From a virus, in IMG/VR virus record IMGVR_UViG_3300042154_002686, positions 1 through 64,000 of that record: a DNA stretch of 64,000 nucleotides; one strand, given 5' to 3'. This document shows, piece after piece, positions 28,097 through 37,665 of the stretch; the first letter of the stretch is position 1, and every line of letters starts with the position of its first letter. The translations under genes were made by a program, and so were the position numbers. The notes below the pieces were generated by a model, which was given only the letters and a program-made list of their open reading frames with translations, was not told the origin of the DNA and did not search any database.

Positions 28097-29281
28097 TTAA
28101 GACCGCTTGGAACGGAGGACAGAAGAGGCGTGACGCTCGATGATTTGCTTGTTGTCGAGGTAGAACTTACGCTGTTCAACACCCTTGAGGGTTTCAAACT
28201 TCTTGTAAATGTCAGAGTCGGTTTCAGCGACAGGAGCCGTATCAACGGAGATTGCAACAGCCTCTGTCCCGTGGTTGGACACGATTTGAGCGGCCTTCTC
28301 TTCAACGGTCTTGGCAGACTTTTCGATGGTATTGACCTTGCTCATCAGCATTTCAAACTTTTCTTCAAGAGCCTTATACTTGGTGACCGCTTCTTCCTTG
28401 GCTCTGACCTCCATAGCCATGGTGGCTCTGGTGGAGTTGAGTTCTTCTTCGAGGGCGGCTGGCTTGGTGGCTGTCAAGGAAGCAAACTTTTTAGCAATCG
28501 CTTCAATCTTGGCATCAATGCTGTCGTCAACGACTTCAGCAACTGCGGCAGAAACTGACGCAGGAGTCTCGGCAGAGGCGACTGGTTCAACTTCTGCTTC
28601 CGAGGCTTGTGTTTCTGGGGTTGTTTCTTCGGCATTCTTTGGCTTTCCAAGTGGGTTTTCCTTGTGACGCTTTTGGTTGGGCTTGGCGAGGACGGTTTGG
28701 TTCTTGTTGATACCACCGAGGTCGTTGGCGGCATCTGGGCCGTCAACAGGCAACTTCTGCTCTGGAGGCATCTTCTTTGCCTTGGGCTCCTTTTCTTCGC
28801 CTTCATTCTCTTCTTCGTCTTCGTCATCGCAATCCTTCTTAGCCATCAACTTCTTTTCGTCCTTCATTTCTTCTTCGTCTTCCTTGAGATGCTCCTTCTT
28901 GTCCTTCTTGACCTGCTTCTTCTTCTTTTCTTCGTCATCTTCCATTTCTTCTTCCTGCTTCTTGATAGAGGCGGGTTCGGACTTTTCGTGCTTGGATTCG
29001 TCTTCGTCAACGCCTTCGGTCTTGGGGGCGAACATCTTGGAGTACTGGGCTTCCATGGCTTCAACCTTAGCACCAGTTGCCTTGTGGTAGTCCTTGATGT
29101 TGTTGTCCATCTCAAGAACCTTCTTCATGGCATCAGAGAGGCTCTCTTCCATCTTTCTCATACGCTCGGTATAAGTGTTGTTTTCTCCAGCAAATGTAGC
29201 GAACTTTTCGTCAAACGCCTTGGCTTGAGATTCCTGCGATTCGAGGAGTTGCTTGAGGAGATTATCAATGGATTTGCTCAT
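28097..29281 (-). CDS. capsid scaffolding protein
   Basis: coiled-coil and highly charged; between protease and MCP. Confidence 0.7.
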   Translation of the reverse strand: MSKSIDNLLKQLLESQESQAKAFDEKFATFAGENNTYTERMRKMEESLSDAMKKVLEMDNNIKDYHKATGAKVEAMEAQYSKMFAPKTEGVDEDESKHEKSEPASIKKQEEEMEDDEEKKKKQVKKDKKEHLKEDEEEMKDEKKLMAKKDCDDEDEEENEGEEKEPKAKKMPPEQKLPVDGPDAANDLGGINKNQTVLAKPNQKRHKENPLGKPKNAEETTPETQASEAEVEPVASAETPASVSAAVAEVVDDSIDAKIEAIAKKFASLTATKPAALEEELNSTRATMAMEVRAKEEAVTKYKALEEKFEMLMSKVNTIEKSAKTVEEKAAQIVSNHGTEAVAISVDTAPVAETDSDIYKKFETLKGVEQRKFYLDNKQIIERHASSVLRSKRS

Positions 29282-29343
29282 GTTTTAGTAGTGTGCTTAT
29301 TGTTGAGTTATTGTCAACCGAAAAGGGCTCGGTTGCGTATAAA

Positions 29344-30318
29344 TTAGAGGCCGTTTCTTGCCATCAATTTAGATGTGACTTGGGAGTGAGCCATGTTCCT
29401 GTTCGCCTTAATCATGTCCTTGGCTTGCTTCCACTCATCAACGAGGGAGGTAGCCATGCCAATCCGAACGGCTTCGTCCCCGTAGAACGACTGGCCTTGG
29501 AGGTTCTCTTCTTCCACGAAGGCACGAACTGACTTAACATCTCTGATAAAGCGTCTGTGCAGTTCAATCACCTCGTCTTGAAGACGCTGGAACTGGAGTG
29601 CGGTAAGGGGGAGGTGTTCAACGCCAGCGGCCTTGTAGTCGCCAGACTTAATGACAGTAATCTTAACCCCATCCTTCTCGTACTTATCGCTTAAATCCTT
29701 GAGGGTAAGGTAGATGCCAACGGCTCCAATGCTTGAGGAAGGGGTGACCATAAGGCGGTCGCACTGAGAAGCCAGCCAGTATGCGGCTGAACCGCAATCG
29801 CCCTCGCAATAAGCAGTCGTAGCCTTGGGATAGTTTCTAATCTTCTTGGCAATTTCTTCAAGGCCAGTTGTCGAGCCACCGCCAGAATCAAACTTAAATA
29901 CAACATCCTTCACATCTTCACGCTTTTCCCAAGCGTCAAGTGTGCAAGCAATGTCGCAAAGGTCGGTGCATCCAAGCATACGCTCAACCTTAGTCAAGCC
30001 CTTGCCGATTACGCCCTTCACATCAATGTATCCGATGTTATCATCAACCTTTGGCTCAAGGAGTTCTTGGAAGAAGTTCTCCAACTCTCCGCTTGAAGGG
30101 GAGTCATCGTCATCTCCCCAAGGAGAGCCAGCCCTTGACTTGCGACCACGCTTTTCGGTCTTATTGATATATTTGTCGGTCCATGCCGACATGTGGTAAG
30201 CAATATCTGGATTAGATAAGATTATATTTGCATTATCCAAGAAGGCTTGAGCCTTCAGTGGGTCGATGAGCATTGGTCGCCCAGCGGAGATTGCGTAACA
30301 TAAGTCGTTTCTAATCAT
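29344..30318 (-). CDS. prohead protease, peptidase S49 family
   Basis: FDSGGG, CGSAAYWLASQCD, SIGAVG, SGDYKAAG; start set at ATG 30318. Confidence 0.9.
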   Translation of the reverse strand: MIRNDLCYAISAGRPMLIDPLKAQAFLDNANIILSNPDIAYHMSAWTDKYINKTEKRGRKSRAGSPWGDDDDSPSSGELENFFQELLEPKVDDNIGYIDVKGVIGKGLTKVERMLGCTDLCDIACTLDAWEKREDVKDVVFKFDSGGGSTTGLEEIAKKIRNYPKATTAYCEGDCGSAAYWLASQCDRLMVTPSSSIGAVGIYLTLKDLSDKYEKDGVKITVIKSGDYKAAGVEHLPLTALQFQRLQDEVIELHRRFIRDVKSVRAFVEEENLQGQSFYGDEAVRIGMATSLVDEWKQAKDMIKANRNMAHSQVTSKLMARNGL

Positions 30319-30325
30319 AAGTTTA

Positions 30326-32017
30326 TTATCCGTTGTAAGAATTGTCAATCGGCTTTGAGCGGCCTTGGTTCTGCTTCGGCAAAGCCTCAACAGGATTCTC
30401 ATTCCTTTCAATTGGAGAGACACCCTTTGAAACATCTGGGGGTGCTGTTTCTGGCTCAAGTTCGCCAACGGTATCCTTAATGTCCTCGTAAGCAAGACCC
30501 TCCTCAACAAGAGGATTTCTTGTGCTCTGTTCTGGGAGCGGATTGCCATCCTCGTCAACTTGAGGCTGGTTCTTGTTTCCGTTCATGCCCTCCATTCCTC
30601 CCTGCGGAGAGAATCTGAAGAGGTCATCACGATTGAGGCCAGTGTCCTTAGCCAACTTCTCAAGGAACAGGAAGTTCTTGGCTCTCTTACGCATGGTCTT
30701 TTCGTATTGATAACCTCTGGCCGCAAAGTCATCCTCAATGGTCGTTCTTCCCATTTCAAGGTCGGCTCGGTCAGAGACTGCGTCTCTTCCAGCATCAACA
30801 GTGACTGAGCGTGGGGTCATCCACTCAACCTTCCACCAGTTTCGGGCAGAGGGAAGGTCTCCACGGTTAATCTTAGTTCCGAGCCAATACTGGAAGTAAG
30901 GATTGAGGAACCGTTTGATAATTATATGCTGTCTATGCGTGAAATATCGTCCAGCCTTGGCAACGACAAGGCGGACAGATGCACCACCAGCCTTGGTTGG
31001 GTCAGCCAAGAACTCGAATGGTAGTGAGCCGAGGCATGAGTCTCTGCGAAGGTGCTCAATGAATCCAGTAAAGGCAGTCGTTGGGCGAGCAGATTGATGA
31101 GAGACAAGTTCCTCGTTTGGCTGAAGGACGGCAGTGACCCCACCAAGGATACGATTCATTTCAAGCGTATTAGTTGGCGTATTGCTCGTATTTGGAACTC
31201 CAAGACCAATGTCTCCATTGTCTGGACCAAGGTCGTTTGTCTTTAAAATACGGCTGATTCTGGCATTGTCCTTGGCGGCAACCTTCTCCATGGACAGCAG
31301 GTCCATTTCATCACGCAAATTGGTAATAGCATGCTGATGAGGGGGGTAGGCTCTTGAAGCAGATGCGTGTGTCGGATTGTAGACATGCATCATGGCGGAC
31401 GCTGGAACTGGGGTAAACTCCCCATTCGACTGCTTAACATAGTAAACAGTTGGAACGCCAAACTTATTATACTTAATTCCGTCATTTATAGACGGGTCAG
31501 AGACAAGGTTAAAAGGTGTCTCAACTCTATGAGTCTCAACGATTTGGAACTTTGGAATTCCGTTTCTTTTTGCTTTAATTAAGAAGATTTCACCATCTCT
31601 ATCAAGTGCTTCGCAGATGATATAGAGGGATTCGAGCATCGAAAACCTTCCCGTTACCTCTGGGCTGTCGCATTCTTGGTCCCATTCGGCCTCAACAAGC
31701 GATTGCCAATCGAAATCGCCACCGTTACATTGCATCATTATTCCATCTCCGATGGAATAAATTGCAGTATCCGAGATAATTTGACGGAATAAACCGTTAT
31801 TTTTCTCAAGCCAGCGGGAAAGGCGAACCATTTCCCTTCTAACTGAGTCGGTTAATTCTAATCTAAAATCGGTCGGTGCGGGAGCATCGACTCGAGTTCT
31901 ATGAACAGACTGACGGGCGGATTCCCACGCACCCATGTACGCCTTTGGGCGTAGAGCGTTTGAGATAGCCAGTCTGGCTCTGTCAAAGAAACTTATTGGT
32001 TTTGGTGTATTGCTCAT
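30326..32017 (-). CDS. portal protein, lambda family
   Basis: RLSRWLEKNNG, ALDRDGEIF, VTVDAGRD motifs. Confidence 0.9.
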   Translation of the reverse strand: MSNTPKPISFFDRARLAISNALRPKAYMGAWESARQSVHRTRVDAPAPTDFRLELTDSVRREMVRLSRWLEKNNGLFRQIISDTAIYSIGDGIMMQCNGGDFDWQSLVEAEWDQECDSPEVTGRFSMLESLYIICEALDRDGEIFLIKAKRNGIPKFQIVETHRVETPFNLVSDPSINDGIKYNKFGVPTVYYVKQSNGEFTPVPASAMMHVYNPTHASASRAYPPHQHAITNLRDEMDLLSMEKVAAKDNARISRILKTNDLGPDNGDIGLGVPNTSNTPTNTLEMNRILGGVTAVLQPNEELVSHQSARPTTAFTGFIEHLRRDSCLGSLPFEFLADPTKAGGASVRLVVAKAGRYFTHRQHIIIKRFLNPYFQYWLGTKINRGDLPSARNWWKVEWMTPRSVTVDAGRDAVSDRADLEMGRTTIEDDFAARGYQYEKTMRKRAKNFLFLEKLAKDTGLNRDDLFRFSPQGGMEGMNGNKNQPQVDEDGNPLPEQSTRNPLVEEGLAYEDIKDTVGELEPETAPPDVSKGVSPIERNENPVEALPKQNQGRSKPIDNSYNG

Positions 32018-32265
32018 CTATCGACTTGTCTGTTGTAATTGGTTCTGAGTCCTCGGACTCGTCCATCTAGACTTCTAAGGGCATATTTTGCCTCATTTAG
32101 CATGTCTTGTGGTGGCATTGCGAACTGCTTACTTGCATTGGTGACTCCGTCACCATAAGACATAATTGTCTTACCTTCAAGGATTAATGCAACAGCCTTA
32201 TCCCTCAATTGCTCGATTGTAGCACGGGGTAAACCGACAAAGATTCCGATTGCTGGTTGGGCCAT
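32014..32265 (-). CDS. gpW-like head-tail adaptor
   Basis: small protein immediately upstream of lambda-type portal. Confidence 0.65.
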   Translation of the reverse strand: MAQPAIGIFVGLPRATIEQLRDKAVALILEGKTIMSYGDGVTNASKQFAMPPQDMLNEAKYALRSLDGRVRGLRTNYNRQVDR

Positions 32266-32292
32266 AATGTTTGCCCAATGTCAACAATAATC

Positions 32293-32457
32293 TTAGTTTT
32301 TGTCGCTTTTCTTCTTCAAGACCTCTCCGTAAACTTTTTCAAGTTTATTTCTAATTTCCTGTCTTTTCTTCTCGGAAACCTCAAACGGAGCGTTATTGGG
32401 GAGTCCGTCTACGGTGACTGACTTTTCCCTTTTTTGTGGCTTTTTGTTTTGACTCAT
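32293..32457 (-). CDS. 54-aa basic hypothetical protein
   Basis: MSQNKKPQKREKSVTVDGLP...; fills the gap. Confidence 0.45.
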   Translation of the reverse strand: MSQNKKPQKREKSVTVDGLPNNAPFEVSEKKRQEIRNKLEKVYGEVLKKKSDKN

Positions 32458-32464
32458 AATCGTA

Positions 32465-33376
32465 TTATACAGGTGGAAGTGGTTTTGTCAAGGCTCTTTT
32501 GTCAAGAAGGTCTTCAAATCCTTTTCTTGGCGTAAATGTATAAGAAAGTCCCTTTTTCTGAGCCCAAGAAGATACAATTCTAAAATGCTCTATTGAGTGA
32601 GCCCGTCCGAAAGTGCCATTTCTAAACGACCCTCTTATCGCAGAGTATTTGTTCATAAGTTCTGATGATACTGCATGGAACTCGGTTTGCAGTTGCTTAA
32701 TCTCTTTTAATGAAATCTTAACACGCTTATCTCGCTTGAGCGTATAAGTACCCTCCCGTCCAGTTGCTGTTATCTCTTTTAAAGCCTCTCGTCTAAACGA
32801 AAGAATATCTCCTGCATACCGTTTGTTTTCCATCATTTGATATATGCTCAAGCCCCCACCAAGCCTTGTATATGGATTTGTCGGGTGATTATGCAGGAAT
32901 GTACCATTGGCTTCCATGCCCTCAACTGACCACGCTCCAACGGAATTTACAGTTCCAATGTTGTAGCCAATAAATCTATCATTCTTGTCAAATATAGCAC
33001 AGTATTCAACTTCTTTTGAGTGAAACTCTTCAAGCAATTTTTCACGATTCCACTTGCTTGACTTGTTGTGCAAGTCGCTTATCTTAAGTCCATCCTTTTC
33101 GTCTAAATAAGCCCTCACTGCCATTACCATTGCGAAATCCCATGTGTCTGCTTTGCCCTTCTTAAGCATCTCAGCAAGTTGCTCTGGGGTGTATGTTTTC
33201 TTTAAATGCTCAATTATGGCCTGTCTACGCTGTGCGTTTGAGAATAGACCGTTTCTATCGTAGCCATCAATGCTTTTCATTATGATAGACGCTTCCGATG
33301 CCAAACGCTGTAGTTGCAGTTCAGTTGGCTCAAGGACTCTTCGTCCGTTTTCTATCTTGTATGTTCTTCCGCCCAT
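32465..33376 (-). CDS. JAB/MPN-like domain protein
   Basis: VEYCAIFD...GTFLHNHP...GLS...DI motif. Confidence 0.55.
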   Translation of the reverse strand: MGGRTYKIENGRRVLEPTELQLQRLASEASIIMKSIDGYDRNGLFSNAQRRQAIIEHLKKTYTPEQLAEMLKKGKADTWDFAMVMAVRAYLDEKDGLKISDLHNKSSKWNREKLLEEFHSKEVEYCAIFDKNDRFIGYNIGTVNSVGAWSVEGMEANGTFLHNHPTNPYTRLGGGLSIYQMMENKRYAGDILSFRREALKEITATGREGTYTLKRDKRVKISLKEIKQLQTEFHAVSSELMNKYSAIRGSFRNGTFGRAHSIEHFRIVSSWAQKKGLSYTFTPRKGFEDLLDKRALTKPLPPV

Positions 33377-33393
33377 TGTTTTTAAAAGTTAAT

Positions 33394-33589
33394 AGATGCC
33401 GTTAAGACTTATGACCCACCGCTGGGTTTGAGCATTTCTGTTTCAAGAATCTTCGGCCATCTAAAGTGAAATGATGGTTGGTGGATTTAATCGAGGATAA
33501 TACGGGGAATCATCAGAACAACCCACCAACATTTCTGCTGGGAAACCTCTTGTGCCGTTGCCGTACACAATCACCACCAAACCATCACA
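33394..33589 (-). ncRNA. putative structured RNA / long 5' leader
   Basis: promoter TTGCAT-16-CATCAT (33596-33623); GUGAUGGUUUGGUGG pairs with CCACCAACCAUCAU; second domain AGAUGGCCG/CGGCAUCU. Confidence 0.5.
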
Positions 33590-33633
33590 TAACCAATGAT
33601 GCACCTTTCAAGTCCGAATGCAAGCGGAAACTT

Positions 33634-35511
33634 TTAGTTGCTGTCTGGGTTCATGGTCTCCTCGACCTTATCCTGCTTACCCTCCTCTGGAGGGGTAAGC
33701 GTTTCAGATTGTGTAGTGAGTTCCTTTGGTACGCTCAGAAGGCCGAACGCCGCCGCTGGGACAAGTTGCATGACCTCGCAGTCCCACAAGTGATTATGTC
33801 TGTTGCCAATACGCTTCCACTCTGGCTTTCCGCTAGAGTTCATCACACGGGCCTCAGACTCCATCTGCTCGATGTAATCCTGTCCGCAGTCTGACGGGCA
33901 GGTGTGACGGCCAGTCTTGCGTAGACGGCTAAGTTGGTCCTTGAGGGCCAAATTAGAGAAGTGGTGCACTCGCACAACCCCAGTTCCTGCATTGACAAGG
34001 CGAGCAGGTGCGTATGTCTTGTTAATGGTTCTCATCCCGCCAGCGGTCTGAACCTTCCACGGAAACTCGCCTCGCTGGTCACCACGAAGGGCGGTAAAAC
34101 CAAAGATGCCACAGTTTCTGATAACATCGTCAAATTGGTCACCACAGTCAACATAGACCAGAGCCTTGTGCACTCCATTTGCCTTTGCGTAATCATCCAC
34201 ATCATTCCAAGTAGACTGGAACTTCCAACGCTTCATTCGGCTAGTCCCACCCTCGGCCCAAGAACGGATTAAGCAGTAGAATCCAGTTCTTTGCACATCG
34301 ACAGTCATAAACCTTGTGGGAATCTGGTCTTTTATTTCCTTGTCAGTATTGACCTTCTTTGTGGCTGGGTTAATTAACGCCTCAAGTTCCCATTCGTCTC
34401 CCTGCTTGTAGTCTCCAATAGACTGGAGGGTGTCAAACGCATCTGGGGCATCTGACCAGAACTCCGCCAACTGCTTCTGCTTAAAAATACGCATTGGGCC
34501 CGAGTCGCCATTTAAATCTAAAATTAGTTTTGCACGAATGAAGGACTCAGCCGCACCACCCCATGAGCGAGCCGCAAGGCAATTCCATGTGTAGCCAGCA
34601 TTATACTCAGCCGCAGTTGGATTGGTCACCGCATAATACCCCTGCTGGTTCATCTCGTCTCGGTTAGCCCTGCTATCTCTGAATTGGTGCTTACACCCCG
34701 CACATTCGTAAGTGGTGTCGGTTCTGATTTTGTTAAAATCATACTCCCCCTCAAACACCATGGCATCCACGGGTAGGCGTATCTGCTCCCACTTCCACTC
34801 CTGCCCATGGTTGCATCGGGGGCACTTAAACGACCACACACGCTTATCGGTCGTATTCCAGACCTCCTCGGTCTCATCTCCTTGGTGGCCTCCCTGTGAC
34901 ATGAAAATACGCTTTCCAAGCCACCCGAATGAGGTAACACGGGCCGTACACTCGGCCAAGTGGCCTTTTGGGTAGAGCCAAGTCTCGTCAGCCACCAGCC
35001 ATCTTATGGAGCGTCTCTGGAGGTTCTTTTCATTGAACGCCCCCAGACACCAAAGCGTCATGTCGTTGGTCTGGACGGTATTGGATTTAGCCTTCTCCTC
35101 CCCCTTGTTTAACTTGCCCATGACCTGCGGGACATTCTCCCACAGCACCCGAAGACGGGTCTTCATCCAGTCAGCCGCATTTGCATCCGTATCGTTAAGA
35201 TAAAGTGTCGGGGCTGGCTGTCTGGCTAAAATATAGCAACTCAACATCTCAGCCGCAAGCGACTTGCCAGACTGAATCGGGGCAATAATCTGAGTTAGTC
35301 TTTTCTCTGGGTCGGCAAACGAACGGAGTGGCTCTGCGAGCCACGGAGTCTCCTTGACTCGAAAGCCAGCGGGCATCGGGGAGAACGGAATAGACCGAAT
35401 GTTGTTCTCAAGCCACGACACGATATCGCCACCCTCGTCTGGCTTGAACACCCGCCTCATGCGAGCCTCAAGCGAGTCGATAAGTTTAATCTTTGGCTCT
35501 GTGTCTATCAT
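33634..35511 (-). CDS. terL: terminase large subunit, GpA type
   Basis: APIQSGKS Walker A, WLVADE Walker B, MTVDVQ nuclease Asp, NHLWDCE. Confidence 0.92.
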   Translation of the reverse strand: MIDTEPKIKLIDSLEARMRRVFKPDEGGDIVSWLENNIRSIPFSPMPAGFRVKETPWLAEPLRSFADPEKRLTQIIAPIQSGKSLAAEMLSCYILARQPAPTLYLNDTDANAADWMKTRLRVLWENVPQVMGKLNKGEEKAKSNTVQTNDMTLWCLGAFNEKNLQRRSIRWLVADETWLYPKGHLAECTARVTSFGWLGKRIFMSQGGHQGDETEEVWNTTDKRVWSFKCPRCNHGQEWKWEQIRLPVDAMVFEGEYDFNKIRTDTTYECAGCKHQFRDSRANRDEMNQQGYYAVTNPTAAEYNAGYTWNCLAARSWGGAAESFIRAKLILDLNGDSGPMRIFKQKQLAEFWSDAPDAFDTLQSIGDYKQGDEWELEALINPATKKVNTDKEIKDQIPTRFMTVDVQRTGFYCLIRSWAEGGTSRMKRWKFQSTWNDVDDYAKANGVHKALVYVDCGDQFDDVIRNCGIFGFTALRGDQRGEFPWKVQTAGGMRTINKTYAPARLVNAGTGVVRVHHFSNLALKDQLSRLRKTGRHTCPSDCGQDYIEQMESEARVMNSSGKPEWKRIGNRHNHLWDCEVMQLVPAAAFGLLSVPKELTTQSETLTPPEEGKQDKVEETMNPDSN

Positions 35512-35723
35512 AGAAAACGAATGGTCTCAACCGTCTCAATAAAACGCACCCCTTCATCAATCCCGTCAAGGATTACGAAAGATTTATATTCCTGCTCAAC
35601 CTTGGTTGTATCTTGCAAGAGCACAATGCGGTCTTTATCCACCCAAGTTTCAATTACCATATTCTCTGGTCTTCCAGAGTCCTCTTTGGGAAGGAACATA
35701 TTTAACTTTATAAAATTACTCAT
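35508..35723 (-). CDS. hypothetical protein between terS and terL
   Basis: MSNFIKLN... start overlapping the terS end. Confidence 0.55.
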   Translation of the reverse strand: MSNFIKLNMFLPKEDSGRPENMVIETWVDKDRIVLLQDTTKVEQEYKSFVILDGIDEGVRFIETVETIRFL

Positions 35724-36471
35724 TGGGCTCCTCCTTAATCTCGTCAAGATTCTCAACCACTTCCGCATCCCCATCGCCCAGTGCAACTGCCGCACTACGC
35801 TCCGACTCGGGTATCTCTGGCATCTCAACATCTGGCAATGGCTTAACCGCAATGTCGCTTAATTCAACCTTCGGATTGTACTCCGAAATCTTGCGGAACA
35901 CATCGTCTCGAAACTCTCTAAACGCCTTCAATGCCTTCGGGGGATTGTCGGGATTAGCCTGTGGTGCAACCGTCAGTTCGGCTCGCTCAATCAACGCCCG
36001 CAACTCGCCCAAAATCTTCCCAAACCGTTGCCCAGCCTCGTCAGCATCCACCAACCGCCCTTGCTCCTGCAACCGTATATGACGCTCCCTCTCCAGTCGG
36101 AGCAGGGTGGCTATCGCTCGGTCATAGTTTCCGTAAAGTTTACTTTGGCTCGGGTCACCACTTGCCACCGCTTGCTCAAAGGTGCTTCTCGTCATCTCAA
36201 CCAACGCCATCTGCTGGTTGATTCTCGTGTCCATCTCGCTGTCCCCTGTCGAGTTACTAACACTCGCAAGTATCTCGTCCAGTCGAGCCAAGTTCAACGG
36301 CTGAACGGGAACTGAAATGTGACCAGCAACCTCGTTGTCCGTCTTACGCTTCTCCCTCCATGCCTTAGCCGCTTCAACGCTATCAACTGGCATCCCTTGT
36401 TGAGCCAATTGCGTAACCCGAACCCGTGAAATTCCCAACTCCTTACCCAAATCTTCGTGAGTTAATGACAT
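35716..36471 (-). CDS. terS: terminase small subunit (Nu1-like)
   Basis: N-terminal wHTH (DLGKELGISRVRVTQLAQQGMP), GRLVDADE. Confidence 0.8.
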   Translation of the reverse strand: MSLTHEDLGKELGISRVRVTQLAQQGMPVDSVEAAKAWREKRKTDNEVAGHISVPVQPLNLARLDEILASVSNSTGDSEMDTRINQQMALVEMTRSTFEQAVASGDPSQSKLYGNYDRAIATLLRLERERHIRLQEQGRLVDADEAGQRFGKILGELRALIERAELTVAPQANPDNPPKALKAFREFRDDVFRKISEYNPKVELSDIAVKPLPDVEMPEIPESERSAAVALGDGDAEVVENLDEIKEEPNE

Positions 36472-36530
36472 AATGTTGCGTTATATGTGATTTTACCGCA
36501 GTATTACCGAGTTTTGGCTGAACGCCCCTT

Positions 36531-36590
36531 CTATTAACCCAGCGGGGGCGGGGGTGGAATAATAGATTCCTTTGACGGGGGGTGGGGTGG
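36531..36590. other. candidate cos/packaging initiation site
   Basis: GC-rich core flanked by CTATTA/TAATAG dyad about 60-100 bp upstream of terS, in a non-coding gap. Confidence 0.4.
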
Positions 36591-36841
36591 GTGGCATGGC
36601 ATTAATCCACACTGAGTATGATGTGTGAGGCACGGTGTTTGTGTAATGGAATTGGGCTTGTGGGCGTGTTGTGTGTTCGTCTGACACGATGATTGCATCT
36701 GCGTGTACAATGCCCCCTTGGGGCATTTGTGATGGCATTACGCCATCAATGACATGTATAGTGTCAATGTAAGTTACTGTGTGCATTATGTAATAGAATG
36801 TAATAGCAAAGTCAAGCGAGCAGAGGGGGGGGCGGGGGGGG

Positions 36842-37441
36842 TCACTTGCGAGGCCGACCACGGGGGCGGGGGGGGAGGGGGGGCTCTTCATCTGCCTCAT
36901 CATTTGTATCTCTGTTTGCGTTTACTTTCTTCCACGCTTTAGCATATGCTTTGCATGCCTCCTCTGACCTCATGTACTGTGATGGTGTGAGGTTAAACAG
37001 TTGCTGTATACGCTTGACCTTCTTGGACACGAACTGTCTACTACATCCCTTGATGCGTGATAGTTCTGTCTCTGTGGGTGGGTCGCCCATGCCAAATGCT
37101 ATGAGGATACAGCGGGCTTGGAATAGCACCTCTGGGGACTCGGATAACTGCATCGCCATAACGACCCTTCTGACGATGGTCTCCACATCGTCTTGGTCAA
37201 ACATGCGTTTCGGGGCGGGAGGGGGTTCGTCAAAAGCGTTGTCTTCCGTGAAGCCAAAAGCGGTGTGATTTGGCTGAACCTCAAAAATGTAGTTAGAATC
37301 CAGAGTGCCTTGGGGGTTCATCGGCTCTGGAAGGCCGATTTTTTGCTCTTTTGAGAGCGTATTGTACCACTTGCTGTAAACATCATCGCCATTTTCACCA
37401 CTTGAAGATTTTGCGTTTTGCGAAAAATCGTTTTCCGACAT
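36842..37441 (-). CDS. regulator with sigma-region-4-like HTH and C-terminal AT-hook
   Basis: PTETELSRIKGCSRQFVSKKVKRIQ; PRPRGRPRK. Confidence 0.6.
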   Translation of the reverse strand: MSENDFSQNAKSSSGENGDDVYSKWYNTLSKEQKIGLPEPMNPQGTLDSNYIFEVQPNHTAFGFTEDNAFDEPPPAPKRMFDQDDVETIVRRVVMAMQLSESPEVLFQARCILIAFGMGDPPTETELSRIKGCSRQFVSKKVKRIQQLFNLTPSQYMRSEEACKAYAKAWKKVNANRDTNDEADEEPPLPPRPRGRPRK

Positions 37442-37665
37442 AGCATTGTCCTTCAAATGCTTGGGGTGAAATTGTCGTTGTTTCATTTTTATGGGCTTGA
37501 CATGCTTGGTACGCAAGCATATATATAGATATATAATACGGAAGTCAAGCAAGAATGAAGCCTTTCGGCTTCCTTTCTCTTTGAGTTTCAAATCTTTGCA
37601 AATCTTTTGAAATATTATCAAAAGTTGTGTTCATTTCTGTTTGCTTGGTCTAGGATTGAAATGGA

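Noticed and set aside
28607-29347. 246-aa hydrophobic plus-strand ORF, also 26932-27483
   Set aside because: Antisense shadows of the K/E-rich scaffold and K-rich basic genes.
33505-33545. Hammerhead ribozyme suggested by CUGAUGA on the minus strand
   Set aside because: No correctly placed GAAA or stems II/III around the core.
31344-34777. GGGTAGG copies at 31344 and 34771
   Set aside because: They lie inside portal and terL with no terminator or promoter context; consistent with chance.
36493-36903. 136-aa minus-strand ORF upstream of terS
   Set aside because: Low-complexity, overlaps the regulator end and spans the probable cos gap.
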